The notes under the pieces were generated by a model. The model had not been told where the DNA came from. It did not search any database and worked only from the letters and a program-made list of their open reading frames with translations. A stretch of DNA of 64,000 nt, taken from contig CAWANJ010000009.1 in the NCBI GenBank assembly GCA_963783385.1, positions 32,001-96,000 on the forward strand, read 5' to 3'. This document shows, piece after piece, positions 60,301 through 64,000 of the stretch (its first letter is position 1; each line of letters begins with the position of its first letter). The stretch is from an uncultured Gemmatimonadales bacterium. Lineage in GTDB: Bacteria > Gemmatimonadota > Gemmatimonadetes > Palauibacterales > Palauibacteraceae. The position numbers and the translations under genes were made by a program.

Positions 60301-63202
60301 CCTCCCGGACGAGCCCGGCCAGCTCTCGGCCACCACGGACGGCTCGGGAGACGTCACCTTCGAGTGGAAGGCGACCTCGCCCGACTCGATCGCGCAGGTG
60401 ACGGTCCGAATCGAGCCGCCGGCCGGCTCGGACTTCACGAACGCCTCCGCCCAGGTTCCGGTGCCCGAGAGCCGCACGCCCCGCACCTCGGTCCTGGGAC
60501 TGCTCCGGGGCGCCACCGTGCAGGGGACGGTGTACGCCGGCGCCGGCACGGACTCGATCGTGGCCGGGGCGCGGGTGTTCATCCCCGGGGCGGGCCCGGG
60601 CGGGACCGACCTGTCGGACTCGACGGACGCCAAGGGCCACTACGCCCTGCACGGAGCGCCGGCCGGGGCTCACTGGGTCCGGGCCGGGAAGGCGGGCTCG
60701 CACTTCACGGGTGACTCGGCCCGCGTGGCGGCGAAGGCGGGAGCGTCGGCGACGCAGGACTTCCACCTGACCGGGGTGGATGGCCTTCCCACGTCCCTCC
60801 TCGGCCTCGCGATCGAGGTGCAGAGCTACACGAAGACGGCGCAGGGCGCGGTCCTCAGCGGCCGGTTCACCGACGTGCCCGGCAACGACGCCTTCGCTCC
60901 CCGGACGCAGGGACTGACCCTGGCGTTCGACAGCGTGACCGTGACCGGCCAGGGCAAGGACGCCGCCCCGCCCGGCGGCACGGTGCACGTGGTCGACAGC
61001 GACCTGCCGCTCTCCCTGTATGGGACCTACCTGGTCCGGCAGCACGCGGAGGGCGGCCTGACGGTGGAGGACCGGGGGCAGGGGCAGGGCGCCGTGGTGG
61101 GTCCGGCGCAGCTCCTGTCGGGATCCTTCTCCCTGACCACGGCCGAGCTGACCTTCCGGGATTCACTCTTCCTCCTGTCACCCGGGGCGAGCGGCACGGC
61201 CGCCGCCCGGGTGGCCACGCTCGAGGCCGGCGGCGCCTCGCCGGCCCCTTCCGGCGGCTACGGGATCGGGACCTCGCAAGGGGGCGACGCCGGACTCACG
61301 CTGTACGGGTTCGGGGCCGACGCGGCGGCGGCCTCCTCGCGCCTGGCGCCCAAGGCGCTCACCCTCAATGCGACCCTCCACACGGCGATCCCGGGCGTGA
61401 AGGACCTGGCGATCCACGTGCCCGACCTCACGGTGACGCCCGGTCAGGGAGCGGGCGCCGGCCTGCAGCCGGCGAAGGGCGACCAGGCGCTGTCCCTGTC
61501 CCTGGGCGCGTGGACGCTGGAGTCGCCGAGCTGGTCCCTCGGCAAGGGGCGGCTGCACCTGGTGCAGGGCGTGGTGCGCGTGCCGATGATCCAGGGCCGC
61601 CCCAACAGCGACATCGACTTCCCGTTCACCGGCCTCGAGGTCACGCCCACCAGTCTCGAGGGCGGGAAGTTCGGAGGCGGCCCCCTCCTCCTGGGCGGGT
61701 TCGTGCCTCTCCAGGTGAAGGGCGGGGTCACCTTCGTGCGCGACACGCCGACGGGCCCATGGAAGCTATTCGGGGACGGCGGCACGATCGCGGCGCTCCC
61801 GGGCATGGCGTCCACCGACGAGATCCACGTGCAGAGCTTCGACTTCCTCTCCAACGGGAAGAAGAGCTTCTCGATGGAGCCGGGGACGTCGGTGCGGCTG
61901 TACGGCACGGGGGACCTGGCGATCTCGAACCTGGGGATCACCGAGTCGTCCGTGAGCTTCGCGGGTGGGCTCGACCTCCACGTCCCGGGCCTGGACCCGC
62001 AGGCCGTGGTCGTCGACTACACGCGTCCCGCGTCCGGCCACGCGCCGACCTTCAAGTTCAACCCGATCGACATCCAGCCCTTCGACATCGGTGGCGCGAA
62101 GGTGTCGGTGCACCAGGGGACCCTCGACGCCTCCGGCTTCCAGGGCAATGGGACCGTGTCGGTGCCGGGCAAGTTCACCGTCGCCTCGCACTTCACTCGC
62201 TCGCCGCTCGGTCCGAACCAGAAGATCGAGGCGCTCCCGCTCCCGCACGCGACCCTCGATGTGGGACAGGTGGCCATCTCGAAGCTCCAGGGCGGGGCGA
62301 AGGTGGCGGCAGGCAAGTGGGCCACGGACTACCAGGGCCACATGGACGTGGGCGGCCAGGTGTCCGGCGACGTCACGATCGGCGTGGAGGGGACCGACGT
62401 CACCGCGGGGACGGGCGGGCTGGCGGTCAAGAACATTCCGACCCCGTTCGGGAACATGGCGATCACCATGAACTTCCCTGAGCAGCGGCTCGAGGGCTCG
62501 GTCCAGATGGACAAGGACATCGCCGCCGGCGCGCACGTGAAGGGCACCACCGAGATGGTCATCAGCGGCAAGCCTTCCGACCGCTATTGGTACCTGTTCA
62601 CCGGAGCCGCGTTCTCGCTGAAGACGCCACACATGTCGGGCACGGCGGCCCTCCTGATCGGCTCGGCGACCCTGAAGGCGGATCTCCTGGCCCGCTACGC
62701 CAAGTACGGCCGCCGGCCGGTGCCGGCCCAGTTCCACGTGATCAACGGATTCTTCATGGAGGGCGAGGTGTCGATCCCGGTGCCGATCTGTCCCAACGGC
62801 GCCTTCGACATCGGGGTGGCTAGCGTCGAGGTGTGGTGCAACGTGTGGGGCGACGTACGGCTGGGGGCCAATTTCCAGCAGGCCAACACCTACTTCGTGG
62901 GCGTCGGGGCGGGGATCGACGCGGGCATCAAGGGCGGGGTGGGCATGGGGCTGTGCGTGCACGTGGCGGCGGAGGTGAAGGCGGGCCTGGACGGGGAGGG
63001 CGCCTACCGGAGCGATGGCGCCTGGTACGCCCGGGGCGACGCCAACCTGGACCTGAACGGGAGCGCCTCCTACGGGGTCGGCCTGGACGACGTGTGCCTG
63101 GACCACACGACCAGCGTCCACATCGGGCTGGGCGCGGAGGCCCAGCTCGGCTACGACTGGGCCCGGAACGTGGGGCCGCACGCGAAGGTGTACTTCCGAT
63201 GA
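57377..63202 (+). CDS. Giant (1941 aa) secreted protein: TANFOR-like module, prealbumin/carboxypeptidase-regulatory-like repeats, long Gly-rich beta-strand C-terminus
   Basis: LPAGAYQLCL, PHLIAP..PTFQW, YAWQVQ..NQGRSEIYTF; repeats such as TADDGRF, TGNDGTV, SDDGQF, TDGSGDV, TDAKGHY; TGATG overlap with the upstream gene. Confidence 0.75.
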   Translation: MGGRVLMGLMGLMGRTAAGARARGRTIAPAGLALVALAAASALPGGPSTLEAQQPTITVSVTVPQPSADWQAWSTSPSIAMVVLQTTLRQPIAVTSSFRLLKDGQPLGEVPGNIQQLPAGSQILRTPQLAAWSRMRWSDIGASVQRSGTLPAGAYQLCLDIIPPPPSADMSIRLMTIHRCASFTLTAPKVLSTPPMTVNLPPPHLIAPASRSESRLPQPTFQWTPVVSRDHPRPTYVLRIAEMLPGQTPEQALNAGRPLLDRELIGRTTFPYPASAPKLEPGKTYAWQVQALAMPRAEAGGVKPLGMNQGRSEIYTFRRPPVRVARQKPQPTGPTAKPGLLYDAALSGRLLYTFQPNGVPKPRRVSTYLGQPPTGTIFEMQGQPGGGHPVGGGKTGGQQGGQGAGDQSAPSGGPVHLQDAPHTDPLAGVTVRLLVHYRTGDRWVRGGTLAAGGKTYTDNGKVVASARTADDGRFTFFFHDDLPTGLIALHTTVSSGSGEFGFHESGANLARFYTLEVGDPHYASPSDELEKGQGGTGDVGTLVALVRSYRLQVRVTRAGTKATKTGLRVQLLRPFRAAGVPANEGDAPTPRGKYGLFEIIGQGVTGNDGTVTFRHLVKNVGPADRYSVRVSSDPNNVNARYYPASVPVSHSMPLDDPEGWDDAVFNEGYRSDRVYRADVPVSPQPPEYFGTVIRADTRKPVPEALMVLVQHGVGGSMILHAVKPSDDGQFVIKGFQVNRKYVVYVHAPGFRPDSNVFMPDSGVATHFDHQLRPDATVTLSLVDENGAPVPGRVRVGSGAQVEAQPVYGNDQGQELRAGAGGVAWYTRGSGGATGGQTSSSGQTPTSGQARRAGTSTSAGGMTRTGSAAQAASSGLVHLQAWRVTLPANSGTQTVHVDAGPDYFPTDTTLTIPKGASDLGRAVVYLRMRRLHVKVVALEKAPAPPAGRRRPTRGGMRIVHVTSGASESPIEGAVVSLPDEPGQLSATTDGSGDVTFEWKATSPDSIAQVTVRIEPPAGSDFTNASAQVPVPESRTPRTSVLGLLRGATVQGTVYAGAGTDSIVAGARVFIPGAGPGGTDLSDSTDAKGHYALHGAPAGAHWVRAGKAGSHFTGDSARVAAKAGASATQDFHLTGVDGLPTSLLGLAIEVQSYTKTAQGAVLSGRFTDVPGNDAFAPRTQGLTLAFDSVTVTGQGKDAAPPGGTVHVVDSDLPLSLYGTYLVRQHAEGGLTVEDRGQGQGAVVGPAQLLSGSFSLTTAELTFRDSLFLLSPGASGTAAARVATLEAGGASPAPSGGYGIGTSQGGDAGLTLYGFGADAAAASSRLAPKALTLNATLHTAIPGVKDLAIHVPDLTVTPGQGAGAGLQPAKGDQALSLSLGAWTLESPSWSLGKGRLHLVQGVVRVPMIQGRPNSDIDFPFTGLEVTPTSLEGGKFGGGPLLLGGFVPLQVKGGVTFVRDTPTGPWKLFGDGGTIAALPGMASTDEIHVQSFDFLSNGKKSFSMEPGTSVRLYGTGDLAISNLGITESSVSFAGGLDLHVPGLDPQAVVVDYTRPASGHAPTFKFNPIDIQPFDIGGAKVSVHQGTLDASGFQGNGTVSVPGKFTVASHFTRSPLGPNQKIEALPLPHATLDVGQVAISKLQGGAKVAAGKWATDYQGHMDVGGQVSGDVTIGVEGTDVTAGTGGLAVKNIPTPFGNMAITMNFPEQRLEGSVQMDKDIAAGAHVKGTTEMVISGKPSDRYWYLFTGAAFSLKTPHMSGTAALLIGSATLKADLLARYAKYGRRPVPAQFHVINGFFMEGEVSIPVPICPNGAFDIGVASVEVWCNVWGDVRLGANFQQANTYFVGVGAGIDAGIKGGVGMGLCVHVAAEVKAGLDGEGAYRSDGAWYARGDANLDLNGSASYGVGLDDVCLDHTTSVHIGLGAEAQLGYDWARNVGPHAKVYFR

Positions 63203-64000
63203 GGACAGGGCGGGGGTCAGCGCGGGGGATCGGCGTGTCGCACGCGGCCGGGCGCGGAGCAGGGCGCACGGCCGCGCGCCGCAGGCGCGTGACCGCGGCG
63301 GGGATTGCCCTCGTCGGGGCCCTGGCCGCGGGCGCGGCGGCCCCGGCCCGACTCGCCGCCCAGAGCGCCACGGCCGCGCGGGCGGGCGACACGATCGCGT
63401 TCGCGAGCCCGCGTGGCGCGTACGTGTGGATGAAGGGCACCGTGGTGTCGGCGGCCCACCCCGTGGGCGGGGTGGTGGCGCACCGGCTGGAGCGCTCGCG
63501 TCCGGGGGCATCCTGGGGAAAGGTGGCCGACGTGAGCGCCGTGCCCGACGCGCGCAGCTTGTTCGCGCGGCTCGACTCGGCCACGAGCCGCGCCGTCGTC
63601 CGATCGCTGGGCCAGAAGGACGAGGCGAGCGCCTGGAACTACATCGTCCGGAACCCCAGGGCCGACTCCCTGGCGGCGATCCTCGGAAACGACGACGTGC
63701 GTCTGGCGCTCGGCCTCTACGGTCTCGATCCGTCGCCCCGGAACGGCGAGACGTGGCGCTACCGGGTGAGCGACGTGGACGCGGACGGGGCCGTCTCCCA
63801 CCCCGTGGTGTCGAACCCGGTGAGCTTCCCGGCCCGGGCGAGCTTCGATTCCGTACATGTGGCCGACAGCCGGGGCGCCGACTCGGTGGTCGTGGTCCGC
63901 TGGTACGTGGGCGACGTGGGAACCCGCGCCAAGACGGTCGAGATCTGGCGGCGCGCGGGACGGACGGGCGAGTTCGAGGAGGTCGACTCCGTGGCGGTCA
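63199..64000 (+). CDS. Secreted fibronectin type III-like repeat protein, 3' end outside the window
   Basis: Open from ATG 63199 (ATGA overlap) to the window end. Signal peptide ..LAA-Q, HRLERS, LALGLYGLD..GETWRYRVSDVD, VVRW..VEIWRR. Confidence 0.7.
   Translation, partial: MRTGRGSARGIGVSHAAGRGAGRTAARRRRVTAAGIALVGALAAGAAAPARLAAQSATAARAGDTIAFASPRGAYVWMKGTVVSAAHPVGGVVAHRLERSRPGASWGKVADVSAVPDARSLFARLDSATSRAVVRSLGQKDEASAWNYIVRNPRADSLAAILGNDDVRLALGLYGLDPSPRNGETWRYRVSDVDADGAVSHPVVSNPVSFPARASFDSVHVADSRGADSVVVVRWYVGDVGTRAKTVEIWRRAGRTGEFEEVDSVAV

Noticed and set aside
38364-61045. Very long opposite-strand ORFs (e.g. 38364..41744 +, 52312..54702 +, 57305..61045 -)
   Set aside because: Shadow ORFs of GC-rich genes: Arg/Gly/Pro-rich, motif-free and overlapping well-supported genes on the other strand.

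Overview
GC-rich bacterial chromosomal region, most likely Gemmatimonadota; this is inferred from the typical 'ALAGRYEVQREVGRGGMATVFLARDLKH' Ser/Thr kinase, the 'LRELKRRHVVRVAVAY' membrane TolB-like/TPR paralogues and the many secreted hydrolases. I found no rRNA, tRNA, CRISPR array, integrase or transposase. From left to right: (1) a Cas4/AddB-like PD-(D/E)XK nuclease, a zinc-finger membrane protein, a HigBA toxin-antitoxin pair, an HNH nuclease and a HIT protein; (2) secreted hydrolases and lipoproteins, an ABC exporter, mmuM and cysK; (3) at 22-41.6 kb a plasticity zone with a diverged tandem duplication, three TolB-like/TPR paralogues plus a related kinase, several gene remnants, and a three-copy ~75-125 bp repeat that each time lies next to a truncated gene; (4) a two-component system with a TonB receptor and a probable operator, a BNR-repeat hydrolase containing an odd AT-rich synonymous patch, a DUF853 ATPase and an APC-USP fusion; (5) from 54.8 kb to the end, a translationally coupled operon of large secreted proteins with TANFOR-like N-terminal modules, a beta-barrel and an Fn3-like protein. 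That operon is the best candidate for an undescribed system. About a dozen genes carry frameshifts, probably long-read indel errors. All family assignments are from motif recognition, not database searches.
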